Assembly: GCA_964016885.1 (NCBI GenBank)
Contig: OZ024744.1
Location: forward strand, 91,946,001 to 92,010,000
Length of the DNA: 64,000 nucleotides
Source of the DNA: Eledone cirrhosa
Lineage: Eukaryota
Direction of reading: 5' to 3'
Shown here: in pieces, positions 26,238 through 38,966 of the stretch
How the letters are laid out: the number at the start of each line of letters is the position of its first letter
How positions within the stretch are numbered: position 1 is the first letter of the stretch
The notes under the pieces: model-generated
What the model saw: the letters and a program-made list of their open reading frames with translations, nothing else
The model's database searches: none
Told to the model about the DNA's origin: nothing
Position numbers and translations under genes: made by a program

Positions 26238-26443
26238 CCCTTTAATGTTCAAACCGGCCAAAACCGGCCAGAATTCTCCCACCTCTTTCTGTTGAAACTG
26301 GCTGTATCTGGTCACTCATACTTATGTTAAGGTATTGTTCTCAAAATAAATACTTTCAAAATCTCATAGATTCGATATTATGAGGTAAAGCCTTTACCAT
26401 GAAAATACAATAGTATATATAGAGTAATGTGAATGCTAAAGGG
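26238..26443 (+). mobile_element. piggyBac-like MITE
   Basis: TTAA|CCCTTT...AAAGGG|TTAA, homologous to 12284-12504. Confidence 0.85.
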
Positions 26444-26721
26444 TTAAACCTTTAAAAATGTGTTAGCTTAGATCTGTGTGTGTCTGTGTATATGTGTGTG
26501 TGTGTGAAAGTGGATGTGTATGTGTGCTTAAATCACTGAAGATGCATTAACCTAGTTATGTGTGTGTGTCTGTGTATATGTGTGTGTGTGTGAAATTTGA
26601 TGCGTATGTGTGCTTAAATTACTGAAGATGCGTTAACCTAGTTATGTGTGTGTGCCTGTGTGTGAAAGTGTATGTATGTGAACGTGCATGTATATGTGTG
26701 CTTAAAACGCCAAAGGGATGC

Positions 26722-26757
<36 letters not shown>

Positions 26758-26799
26758 ATATATGAATGTGAACGTGTGTCTGTTCTTTCATCAACATAC

Positions 26800-27020
26800 G
26801 TTGGATATATCCCTGTCCACTTCGGAGACAGCTGGAACTTGGTGAAAGTCCAAGGTGGAATCAACAATCCGGGTCAAATCTATGATCCATGATCCGTGAT
26901 CTGTGATCTGTGATCCACGATCTGTGATCTGTGATCTGTGATCCACGATCTGTGATCTGTGATCTGTGATCCACGATCGGTGGCAGTATTCCAGTTGTAT
27001 TGGTTCTGGACTTGGTACAA
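26800..27020 (-). CDS. Candidate internal exon (221 nt, open frame) of a putative small secreted protein
   Basis: Acceptor ttcaacctAG and donor AAC|GTATGT. One frame is open (VPSPEPIQLEYCHRSW...EVDRDISN) and includes a GATCACA-type 7-mer repeat. No homology recognised. Confidence 0.3.
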
Positions 27021-27057
27021 CTAGGTTGAAATATAAACCACCTTTTTGTTAGAGCAG

Positions 27058-27073
27058 CGGCTGCTGCTGCTGC

Positions 27074-27151
<78 letters not shown>

Positions 27152-28199
27152 GGTGTTCTTGTTGTTGGTGTTGTTCTTGTTGGTGTTGGTGGTGGTGTTA
27201 TGGTGGTGGTGGTGGTGTTGGTGTTGTTGTTGTTGTTGTGGTGGTGTTCTTGTTGTTGGTGTTGTTCTTGTTGGTGTTGTTGGTGGTGTTGTTGTTGTTG
27301 GTGTTGTTGGTGGTGTTGTTGTTGTGGTGGTGGTGTTGTTGGTGGTGGTGTTGTTGTTGGTGTTGTTATTGGTGTTGTTGTTGGTGTTGTTCTGGTGGTG
27401 GTGGTGTTGTTGTTTTTGTGTTCTTGTTGGTGTTGGTGGTGGTGTTATGGTGGTGGTGGTGGTGGTGGTGGTGGTGGTATGGTGTTGTTGTTGTTGGTGT
27501 TATGGTGGTGGTGGTGGTGTTGGTGTTGTTGTTGTTGTGGTGGTGGTGGTGGTGTTGTTGTTGTTGTGGTGGTGGTGTTGGTGTTGTTGTTGTGGTGGTG
27601 GTGGTGGTGGTGGTGGTGGTGTTGTTGTGTTCTTGTTGTTGGTGTTGTTCTTGTTGGTGTTGGTGGTGGTGTTGTTGTTGTTGCTGTTGTTGTTGGTGGT
27701 AGTGGTGGTTGTGGTGGTGGTGATTGATGGTGGTGGTGGTGTTGATGTAATAATAGATAATGTTGTTGTTGTTGTTATTTGTAGTGGTGGTGGTGGTGGT
27801 TGTGGTGGTGGTGCTGATGTAATAATAGATAATGTTGTTGTTATTGTTATTTGTAGTGGTGGTGGTGGTGGTGGTGGTGGTGGTGTTGATTTAATAATAG
27901 ATAATGTTGTTGTTGTTGTTGTTATTTTTTAGTGGTGGTGGTGGTGGTGTTGATGTAATAATAGATAATGTTGTTGTTGTTGTTGTTATTTGTAGTGGTG
28001 GTGGTGGTGGTGGTGGTGGTGTTGATTTAATAATAGATAATGTTGTTGTTGTTGTTGTTATTTGTAGTGGTGGTGGTGGTGGTGTTGATGTAATAATAGA
28101 TAATGCTGTTGTTGTTGTTGTTATTTGTAGTGGTGGTGGTGGTGGTGGTGGTGGTGGTGGTGGTGGTGGTGGTGGTGTTGATTTAATAATAGATAATGC

Positions 28200-28244
<45 letters not shown>

Positions 28245-29080
28245 GCCCCAGGTTGAGGACCATGGTCAGGATGTGCACAATATATATCTATTGATTTTGG
28301 AAATTATGAAGAATTTGAAGGGGATTCACTAAAATAATTGTAGTCTTTCATTATGCCAGTGTCTGGAGGGATCCTTACTTAACAAAATGTTCATCATCAT
28401 CATCATCATCAACAACAGTAGCAGCAGCAGAAGTAGCAGTAGCAGCATCACCACCACTACAATCCTCATCATCATCACCATCATCACCACCACCACCACC
28501 ACCACTACCACTACCATCCTCATCATCGCCATCATTTTCATTATCATCATCATCATCATCATCATCATCACCAACACCACCACCACCACTCTCCTCATCC
28601 TCATCATCATTATTACCACCACCACCACCACCACCACCATCATCATCAACACCACCACCACCACCACCACTATCGTCATCAAGACCACCACCACCACCAC
28701 CATCATCACCACCACCACCATCATCATCACCACCACCACCACCATCACCACCATCAACACCACCACCACCATCATCATTATTACCACGACCACCACCATA
28801 ATCATCAACACCACCACCACCACCACCACTATCATCATCAACACCACCACCACCACCATCATCGCCACCACCACCATCACCACCACCACCACCATCATCA
28901 CCACCACCACCATCACCACCACCACCACCATCATCACCACCATAATCATCAACACCACCACCACCACCACCACTATCATCATCAACACCACCACCACCAC
29001 CATCACCACCACCACCACCATCATCACCACCACCACCATCACCACCACCACCACCATCATCACCACCATCATCATCACCT
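27058..29080. repeat. (GTT)n/(GGT)n/(CAC/CAT)n microsatellite field including a ~60 bp GATGTAATAATAGATAATG minisatellite
   Basis: Directly visible. Confidence 0.95.
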
Positions 29081-29421
29081 CCAAATCATTGCAGGATGTT
29101 AAGAGATAATACTACAAATTTTCACAACAATATGTCCCCCAGTAAAGATACTATAAACATTTGAATTAACAAACCTGTTTTTAGATATTTTCAGCTAAAT
29201 GATTACAAGATATAATTATGTATACGTACATACATATATGTACACAGACGTACAGTAGTATGTATATATATATATACATACATGCACACATATATATATA
29301 TGTACGTATGGATTCACCAAACATTTATTATAATGCTCGGTTTGTTTGTAAACAAACATCCCGAATTAAGCCGTAGTGTCTAGCAACCATCGTTGCTCGT
29401 TTGTTCAACACTGACAAAGGA

Positions 29422-29464
29422 ACGCTGTACTAGTTTCAAGCTTATTAGCTATCATCAGCAACGT
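29422..29464 (-). ncRNA. Minimal type-I hammerhead ribozyme motif
   Basis: Minus strand: acgttg CTGATGA t-AGCT-aata-AGCT-t GAAA ctag TA cagcgt. It has a 6-bp stem I (one G-U), palindromic CTAG stem III and a GUA cleavage triplet. Confidence 0.85.
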
Positions 29465-30858
29465 ATACCTTCCTGCCAGATGGTTGAACGTCTGAAAGTA
29501 TATACTTTCCTTATGCATATTAATGGCTGAACAGCCTAATTTGCATATCGAGTGAGTTAATCGGAAGTGTTAAAATGAGAAGTCTTTGTATCATTGAACC
29601 AATGCTGGTTCCAAGCCAGTTAATGTCACAAAGACTAAAGAAGAATCTAATATCACCATTTTTGTATTATACATGAAGCAGTAATTTCTGTGTGTGGGGG
29701 GAGCAACTCAGACTCCTCTTGGGTTTTATTTTTATTTTTATTTTTTTTTTTTTGCTTTTTGTTTTTTTTAATCTACCACTACAATTTTAATTCTTCCATT
29801 GTTTATATACATTTATATTTATTAATAGCTAACTTTGTCATTTGCAATGCGAACACATGTATATTTGTATCAGTGTTTATCCTTATCATATATTCATTTG
29901 TATTTATTAATATATATATATATTTTTTTTTTGCAGGCATGCATTCATCTGTAGAATAGAAGAATGGTAAAATAGAAGCCAAGAAGCACTACTGATGATT
30001 TTTTGAGGAGCTGGCAGATGTAGGAGGATTAAAACATGAAATGGTGTTTAGAGAAAATAATTATTACAGAAAATGGTGGGGAAAATTCAGAAAGAAATTG
30101 TGAGATAATGACAGAAATTTGAGACAATGAACATCATAGAAGCCATGTATAAAATGTTGCTGATTAACGCTTTAGCTTTTACATTACTCTCATCATCATC
30201 ATCATCACCGTTTTTTAACATGGAAGAATACTCTATATATACTATTGAATTTTCGCAGTAAAGGCTTTATCTCACATAATATTTCATATAATATCGAATC
30301 TATGAGATTTTGATATTATTTATTTTGAGAACAATACCTTAACATCAGTATGAGTGGTTAGTTACAGCCAGTTTGAACAGAAAGAGGTGAGAGTATTCTG
30401 GCCGGATGCAGCCGGTTTAAATGATAAATGGTTAAGGTCGGTCTCTTAGACATTTCTACCTATCGGAAGTGTGGACAAACGATATGCCTTGGTCGGTGGA
30501 CCCCAACATCATTAGAAAAACTCATCAAAACAAAACAGGGAACCAAAGTGGAAGTAATGTTCATCAGTGCAGCCTATGTAGAAAGGAATGTAAATCCTTG
30601 GCAGGGATAAAGAGTCATGTTGAGATGTAGCCATTATGTATATATGTATGTATGTATGTATGTATGTGTGTGTGTGTATGTATGTATGTGTGTGTGTGTA
30701 TGTATGTATGTATGTATGTATGTATGTTTGTGTGTATGTATGTATGTATGTATGCATGCATGTATGTAAGTTTGTATGTGTGTATGTATGTGTGTATGCG
30801 TGTATGTATGTATGATGTATATATGTAAGTTTGTATATATGTATGTATGTATGAATAT

Positions 30859-31272
30859 CACCGGGAGAGATGACCCCTTAGCCTTTGTCAAGGCAGAATT
30901 CTAGGAGAAGGAAAACTCTGATATAACACCTGCAACCCTGATGGTATCCAATGATGTTGACTTGTTATTCTTTTTGGTAAATATCATCTTGGTTAAGAGA
31001 GTGGGACTGGCTTTGTGCAGTGCCTTTGCTCACTATAAAAGCTTCACGGCACAGGCATTACTTTATATCTGGAGATCTCTCTGCACTTGTCGTCACATGG
31101 TACCATGGGACCAGCATTATGTGTCAATAATTGTCACAAGTGCAGTGTTTGTACCAGAGTTTTCAAGTCGCTGGCTGGACTAAAAAGTCACACTTGTTTA
31201 GCGCAACGGTAAGGGTTCTCCTACATGGATATGAAGTAGTGGCCGTACTCGAAAACGAGTTGGCAGCCACCA
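30859..31272 (+). mobile_element. 5'-truncated copy of a non-autonomous element with an RTE-like 5' UTR motif (fuller copy at 58710-59312)
   Basis: Contains CTAGGAGAAGGAAAACTCTG, is the reverse complement of 58710-59121, and ends in (ATGT)n-like repeats. Confidence 0.75.
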
Positions 31273-31919
31273 TGTATGAATATATATATGTATGTATGTG
31301 TGTATTTATGCAGGTATGTATGTGTGTATGTATATATATATATGTATGTATATTTGTAAGTGTGTATGTATGTATATATGTGTGTGTATATATGTGTGTA
31401 TATATGTGTGTATGTATGTATGTATGTATTATGTATGTATGTATGTATGCATGTATGTATGTATGCATGTATGTATATATGTATGTTCTTCTGGTTTTAT
31501 AATTTTATGAATTTTTACCTATAGAAAAAGTCAGTTTCTAACATAGTTACAAGACTCTCTCATTGGAATTTACACAACTATGTATGTATGTATGTATGTT
31601 TGTATGTATAAATGTATAAATGCATGTATGTACATGTATGTATGTAGGTATGTATGTGTGTATGTATATGTATGTATGTTTGTATGTTCTTCTGGTTTTA
31701 TAATTTCACAAATTTTTACCAATAGAGAGAGAGTCGGTTTCTAACATAGACACAAGACTCTCTCATTGGAATTTACACAACATCAACTAGGTAGATATGT
31801 ATGCATGTGTGTGCAGGTATGGATGTTACTGTATGTGTGGATCTGTATGTTTTGAGTTGTATGTGTGCATGTGCATTTGTTTTGCATTTGTACATGTGTA
31901 TATGCAGTTATTAGATGCA

Positions 31920-32134
31920 GAAATTTTGGAATGTTTTACATATTTTTACTGTTCTTTTAATGGATGTACTTGTAATTTCCTAACTAGTTGTGTTCTTTCT
32001 GTTCCTGTGAAGCCCAGCTTCTCAAGATTTGTATTGAGGCAGTTACTAACATATTCCAGTGCCCCAATAATCACAGGCATAAATCTGAAGGTGGAGTATC
32101 TGCAGATTTCTCATCTGTTCTGCAAAAATATTCT
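31920..32134 (-). mobile_element. C-terminal part of an R4/NeSL-type RLE retroelement, displaced by the RTE insertion
   Basis: Minus-strand peptides ENIFAEQMRNLQIL and YSTFRFMPVIIGALEYVSNCLNTNLEKLGF, matching the P(I/V)IIGALG motif of RLE C-termini. Confidence 0.7.
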
Positions 32135-35100
32135 CATCATCATCATCATCATCATCTTTTAACGTCCATTTTCCAGGCTTGCATGGGTTTAGACGGGAAT
32201 TTTCCCACTTGAGGCAAGATTGGTTGACTTGATCATATAGGACTGTCTGGCGGGTTTTCTACGGCTGGATGCCCTTCCAACCACATTTACAGTGTGGACT
32301 GGGAGGTTTTTACCGTGTTACCTACACGGCCACATTACAGCGTGGACTGTGTGTTTTTTTGTCGTGACACCTACACGACCTCATTTGTTTCGGGCTGGAT
32401 GTTGTGGTACCAACATGACTTTACATTGAAAGGGGTGGTATGGATGGGGTGGGGGTAGTGGGACGGGGGTGTATTTTTGTTAGAGGTGCCTACTGACTGT
32501 AGGTTTCACTTTGTACTTAGGTAAGGCGGGTCTTCTCTATTACTGTGTAGCGCCAATGATCTCGGTCCAGTGACATTGTCTTGGAGAGGTGTAAGTGTGT
32601 GAGGTCGGAATTTATCAAGTCCTCCCAGGTTTTTCTGGGTCTGCCTACTCTGTGGCTACCGTCTATTTTTATTGCCCTGCACTTTTTTATACAGCTGTCG
32701 TCTTTCATGCGCATCATGTGACCGTACCAACGTAGTCTTCTCTCGAGTAAACAACATCTGATCCCTCTTATTCCTAATTTCTCTCTTAGTTCATTTATGC
32801 TTTGCCGTTCATGTATATTACTATTACACATCCAGCGGAACATGCACGCTTCGTTCCTCTCCAGTCTGCGTATATCCTCTGCACACAATGTCCAAGTCTC
32901 ACTGCCATGTAACATTGCTGTTCATATGCAGGCATCATACAGCCTGCCTTTCATTTTTAGAGACTTTAGCGGACAATAGTGATATAAGCTCTCTGAAATT
33001 TTTCCATACCGTTCTGATTCTAGCTACTGTACTTTCAGAGCACCCTCCACCACTGCTGATTTTGTCACCCAGGTAACGGAAGGTGTCCACTATTTCTATA
33101 GAACCATCTGTGCAATGGAATGAGCTAGTATTCTGTGGGCATTGCTGCTACTTATTGCACCTGAGCACCGGCCACATATAAAATCTATATTCTTAGTTAG
33201 CTTACCTGTGATCCCACTACATCTTTTATGCACCCATACTTTGCATTTGGGACATAAAATGGAGTTTCTGCCTACTGAGCATGGCCATTTCGCAGATGGG
33301 ACCAGTGCCCTATTTTCCTTCCTACAAACTAGAACTTTAGTCTTAGACAGGTTAATTTTAAGGCCTTTTGATTCTAGGCCGTGCTTCCATGTTTGGAATT
33401 TCTTCTCTAGTTCAGACATTGATTCAGCTATGAGCGTTAGATCATCTGCGTATAGGAGTTCCCATGGGCAGCCGGTCTTGAACTTCTCTGTTATAGCCTG
33501 AAGGGCAATAATAAATAGTAGGGGGCTAAGAACGGAGCCCTGATGAACACCAACTTTTACGCTAAACTCTTCACTATATTCGTTGTTAATTCTAACCTTG
33601 CTGACTGTTTCTTTATACATGGCTTGTACAGCTCTCACAAGCCATTCATATACACCTAGTTTTCTAAGAGCCAACCAGATAATGGAACGGGGGACTCTGT
33701 CGAAGGCTTTCTCCAAGTCGACAAAAGCTAAGTATAGGGGTTTACTTTTAGCTAGGTACTTCTCCTGTAGTTGTCGCACAATGAAAAGAGCGTCTGTGGT
33801 ACTTTTACCTGACACAAACGCGAACTGCATTTAATCTAGATAAATTCTCTCTCTGATTAGTTGCGCTATTACTTTTTCTGTGACCTTCATGACCTGGTCG
33901 ATTAATTTAATGCCTCTATAGTTACCCCTATCTAGGGCATCTCCTTTACCCTTGTAGCAGTTAATGATGATGCTGCTATGCCAGTCCTTCGGAACGACCC
34001 CATTCTGTATGACTTGGTTTACTATCCGGGTGACCATAGTGTGTCCTACCGTTCCAGATGCTTTCAGCATTTCAGCAACTATTTCTGAAGGCCTTGAAGT
34101 AAGGCAATCAAATATCTTTGATTGCCTTACTTATTATACTACCTTCAACTTGCACTGCTGGACCCTCTATTGGATTGATGTGGAGGAGACTGTCTTTCTC
34201 CCATTTATTCTCCTCATTTAGTAGCCTTTTGTAATGACACTTCCAAGCTACCTTCTTATCAGCGTCAGTGATGGCAAGTACACCATCAACATTAAGGACA
34301 CACTTCTCCCCGACAATATCACGGTTTTCCTTGACACATTGCCTAGCAATCCTGAACACCTCACGTTATTGGTCCTCGCATTGTAGAACATGCTTGAACT
34401 TTCTTTCCTCTGCTTCCCTTCTTGCGAAGTACACTTGTCTCCTAGCCACTTGATAGTCTTCTCTACTTCCCCCCTCCCGCCATACTTTCCAAGCCTGCTT
34501 TTTGGCCTTAATTGACTCTTCCACCTTACTGTTCCACCACCACGTTACTCTCCTCCTGCCCATAGGCCTGCTCCAGCCACAGACTTCATCTGCCACCTTC
34601 AGCAGGTTAGCTTTCAGGAATTCCCACTGTTCCTCTATAGTGTACAACTCTAATTGCTCTTCCTTACTGTCAAAAGCATCAAGTAATATGCTTTTAAATT
34701 TATTACTGGCTGTGGGGTCCTTTAGCTTCCATATTTTTCTCCTGAGGATAGTCCTCCTCTGTTGTCGAGTACGTCTTGTCCTGACTATGAAGTCACTGAC
34801 TATGAGTCTATGTTGGGAGGTGCATTCTTCATGGGGGAGAGATTTAGTGTTTACAACAGACTCTCTATCACGTCTTCTGGTAAGGATATAATCTATCTGA
34901 CTGGCGTGTTCCCCTGATCTATAGGTGATCAAGTGATTGTCTCGTTTTTTGAAGTTAGTGTTACAGATAGTTAGGTTATTTGCGTCACAGAAATCCAGGA
35001 TTCTGAAGCCTTCCTCATTTCTAGTACCAAACCCATAGCCTCCATGGATTCCGTCATAGCCGTCACAATGTTGTCCAGCGTGACCATTTAGGTCGCCAGC

Positions 35101-35937
35101 AATAATTATGTAGTCACTGTTGGTTATTTGGGCGGTAGTGAGCATCAATGTCTCATAGAATCTGTCTTTTATAGCGCCAGGCAGTCCGGATTGGGGTGCG
35201 TACGCAGATATTACTGTCACAGTAGTTCTATTTAGGACAAGTTTTATCTTAATTATTCTGTCGTTCACTCTATTTACGTCTATTATCTTATCTACCCATT
35301 TTTCTGCTAACATGATTCCTACCCCACCCAGCCCATTGTCATTTCCCACCCAGAAAAGCTTATAGCATCGTTTATTACCCACAATGAATCTAGCAGACCC
35401 ACCCCTCCACCTGGTCTCTTGGATACAGCAAACATCAACCTCCTTACATTCAAGCATTTCTACAACCTCGTTAGAGCGACCTTTTAAGGTGCCTACATTC
35501 ATGGTACCAACTCTGAAGTTTTGGATTGCGTTTGGTGGGTGGGAACGGTGGGGCGCTGGGAGGGGTGAGGGGGATGGGGTTGTGGTTATGTTGGCTATCC
35601 GTGGCCGAAACAAAGAGGAGGAGTCCTTGCCTTTTTGTCCAGCAGCATTGGGTGAATTTGTCTTTATCTTTGGCATTGTCACTGAGTGTCCATATTTTTC
35701 AGACTTTCCAGAATTCCTTAGTCCATCCATCATATCGAAAGGCAACCAGGAGAAGTGATAGCATAGGCCAGTGACTTATGATTGGTCCAGATAATAATGG
35801 GGGCGGGTGGGAGGGGTATGGGGTAGTTAGCGAGAAGGTTAAATCATCGAATTTTGGGCATAATTGGACAAGCATATACAGTAATAAGCGAATAATGGGA
35901 TTTTAAAATACAAGAAGGGCGAGCAAGTCTGACCATT
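32135..35937 (-). mobile_element. Near-full-length RTE-clade LINE, inactivated by frameshifts and stops
   Basis: APE (VGTMNVGTLKG, CIQETRW, SAYAPQ, AGDLNGH, QIDYIL, SQHRL) in 34366..35745. RT (YRGIKL, AFVDLEKAFDRV, GVHQGSVLSPLLF, YADDL) in 33096..34359. C-terminus LRWYGH...GRPRKTW, then 3' UTR and (GAT)n tail. Confidence 0.97.
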
Positions 35938-36486
35938 ACTCCTTTTCGCTAATCTTTGATATTATTTAGAACAACCAGACAGAATTATAGAATAGCATTG
36001 AGAAAGAGCAAAGATTTGGATTCTGGGTGATGATGTGGCTATATGAATGAATGGACATGGAAGATGGAGAGACAAGACAAAAATGGCATTTTCCATTACA
36101 TTTCACAGGAGAGCGAGCAAGTCTGACCATTAATAAGAGTTGACAAAATCTGAGATTCGTACCTCGTAACAGGTTTATTTTATATTTGGTGAGAGAAGGG
36201 AGTGAATGAATGAGAGAGGGAACCAGCAGGCACGTATACAATATGAGGGGGGGGGGGGGGGGGGGGGGGGGTTAGGAAAAGAAAAGGAGGCCATTTTATA
36301 AATCCTAGAATTTTCGGCCAAAGTTAAACACACAAGATTGTTATTTTAGAAAAACAAACGAGCAAAGATTTGGATTCTGGGCGATGATGTGGCTATATGA
36401 ATGAATGGACATGGAAGATGGAGAGACAAGAAAAAAATGGCATTTTACATTACATTTCACAGGAGAGCGAGCAAGTCTGACCATTA

Positions 36487-36905
36487 CTCCTTTTCGCTAA
36501 TCTTTGATACTATATTGGCATCTGCTGGGCAGCTAACTTCCACTACTGTGCATGGCTTCTTTTCCCTGTCCCATAATATCTGGTCTGTTATGCCTGCATT
36601 TTATTGGGGTTTTTACTGGAACATTCCACCAGTACTCTTTTATATTATGTATATGTATGTCTTCCACATTGCTGTAGCTTTTAATGTGTTTATTATCAGG
36701 GCTATCTTTTCTATGGATCGCATTGTACAGTGTTTTGACCACTACATCATGCCTCATAGGTAGATAGTACCACGATGACATCTTTGGACAGCTGCTTATG
36801 ACATGGGTGACATCTTTGATGTTAATTCTGCAGAGTCTGCACTAGTCACATCTAGGTGTTTTGCCTGCATCCCTATCTCTTTTGTGAATCAGGTATTTTG
36901 TATTG
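36487..36905 (-). mobile_element. R4/NeSL-type RLE retroelement fragment (zinc-knuckle/RHD/PD motifs)
   Basis: MSSWYYLPMRHDVVVK...EYWWNVPVKTPIKCRHNRPDI, then after a frameshift WDREKKPCTVVEVSCPADANIVSKISEKE. Confidence 0.8.
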
Positions 36906-36908
36906 ATG

Positions 36909-36942
<34 letters not shown>

Positions 36943-36960
36943 TGTATGTATGTATGTATG

Positions 36961-36991
<31 letters not shown>

Positions 36992-37047
36992 GCATGCAAG
37001 CATACATGCTTGCATGCATGTATGTACTGTCTGTCAGGAGTTCTGAC

Positions 37048-37104
37048 CAGTAGATAGTATCAGCAATAGAAAGAAAAATGGAAACATCAGTTCCTTGGTC
37101 CAAT
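37048..37104 (-). CDS. Candidate exon encoding a signal-peptide-like start (MFPFFFLLLILST)
   Basis: Acceptor ttgtcAG, ATG at 37087 and a phase-1 donor G|GTCAGA compatible with the 26800-27020 exon. Confidence 0.25.
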
Positions 37105-37749
37105 CTGACAATAAGTTTCTTTCCTTTGGAGATTAAGAAGGCTCTGGATTACAAACCTAACAAAGCTAAACCAAAATATCAACAAAGAATGAAGACAGAT
37201 AAAAATCCAGAACCACACTATAAATACTTGATTGCTCCAGCATGGTTGTGACTTGATGACTAAAAATCAACTGAAGAGCTCAGCCACAATCTATTTCAAA
37301 ATATCACAAAAAATATACAATAGATAATTGTTTTAGAAATGTAAAGTTCATTAAATCACCTCCAGTGCATTACTGGTACTTTATCCCCCCCCCCCCCCAG
37401 TAAAGATGAAAGGAAAAGCTAACCTCAGTGGGATTTGAACTCAGAACGTAAAGGACTATGATTCTATGCGGCAAAGCATGGTGTCTGACGCTCTACCGAT
37501 ACTGTCAATCCACCAGCCTTTATAATAAATATATAGATAAATAAATTTTATCTTTCATAATCTGAAGTGTGTGTTGTTTAGAAATGTTATTCTTAAACCC
37601 ATTTATGGTCAAATCCAGCTGAGGGTCTATGAAATAAAGTCCAATTTATATTTAAATATTTCAACATAATTTTATATAAGAACCCTACATTATGTTGGTA
37701 TCTTAATAATGTAATATATATTATAGTATAATGTAATATTATTTAATTA

Positions 37750-37935
37750 ATTGTTTCTACTTTAGGCACAAGGCCAGCAATTACCCAGTGCATTACTGGT
37801 ACTTTATTTTATCGACCCCGTAAGGATGAAAGGCAAAGTCAACCTCGGCGGGATTTGAACTCAGACCGTAAAGGGACGTAACTATGCTGGAAAGCATGGC
37901 GTCCGACCCTCCACCGATACTGCCAATCCACCGCC
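37750..37935 (-). mobile_element. Full-length Nin-like SINE with a 13-bp TSD, head-to-head with another copy (37954-38027) running into the gap
   Basis: TTATTTAATTAAT on both flanks; matches 5786-5975. Confidence 0.88.
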
Positions 37936-38027
37936 CTTTATTATTTAATTAATGGCGGTCGATTGGCCATGCTTTGACGCATAGAGTTACGGCCCTTGCT
38001 ATTCTGAGTTCAAATCACATCGAGGTT

Positions 38028-38227
38028 NNNNNNNNNNNNNNNNNNNNNNNNNNNNNNNNNNNNNNNNNNNNNNNNNNNNNNNNNNNNNNNNNNNNNNNNN
38101 NNNNNNNNNNNNNNNNNNNNNNNNNNNNNNNNNNNNNNNNNNNNNNNNNNNNNNNNNNNNNNNNNNNNNNNNNNNNNNNNNNNNNNNNNNNNNNNNNNNN
38201 NNNNNNNNNNNNNNNNNNNNNNNNNNN
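38028..38227. other. Assembly gap (200 N)
   Basis: Run of n. Confidence 1.
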
Positions 38228-38966
38228 GTCCCAGGTTCAACCCCCCCCTGTATCTCTAACAATCATTAGTCCCAGGTTCAACCCCCCCCCTGTATCTCTC
38301 ACAATCATTAGCTCCCAGATTCAACCCCCCCCCTGTATCTCTCACAATCATTAGCTCCCAGGTTCAACCCCCCCCTGTATCTCTCACAATCATTAGGTCC
38401 CAGGTTCACCCCCCCCCCTGTATCTCTCACAATCATTAGCTCCCAGATTCAACCCCCCCCTGTATCTCTCACAATCATTAGCTCCCAGGTTCAACCCCCC
38501 CTGTATCTCTCACAAACATTAGCTCCCAGGTTCAACCCCCCCCTGTATCTCTCACAATCATTAGGTCCCAGGTTCACCCCCCCCTGTATCTCTCACAATC
38601 ATTAGCTCCCAGATTCAACCCCCCCTTATCTCTCACAATCATTAGCTCCCAGATTCAACCCCCCCTTATCTCTCACAATCATTAGCTCCCAGGTTCAACC
38701 CCCCTGTATCTCTCACAACCCCCCTCCTGTATCTCTCACAATCATTAGGTCCCAAGTTCAATCTCCCCCTGTATCTCTTACAAGCCCCCCTCCTGTATCT
38801 CTCACAATCATTAGGTCCCAGGTTCAACCCCCCCCTCCTGTATCTCTCACAATCATTAGGTCCCAGGTTCAACCCCCGCCCCTCCTGTATCTCTCACAAT
38901 CATTAGGTCACAGGTTCAACCCCCCCTTATCTCTCACAATCATTAGGTCCCAGGTTCAATGCCCCC
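38228..38966 (+). repeat. ~41 bp satellite derived from a SINE tRNA head (B-box array)
   Basis: Unit TCTCACAATCATTAGGTCCCAGGTTCAACCCCCCCTGTATC. The last unit runs directly into the SINE body (GTATCTTGAGCAAG). Confidence 0.88.

Noticed and set aside
37974-38354. ORFs containing X runs
   Set aside because: Artefacts of the 200-N gap.
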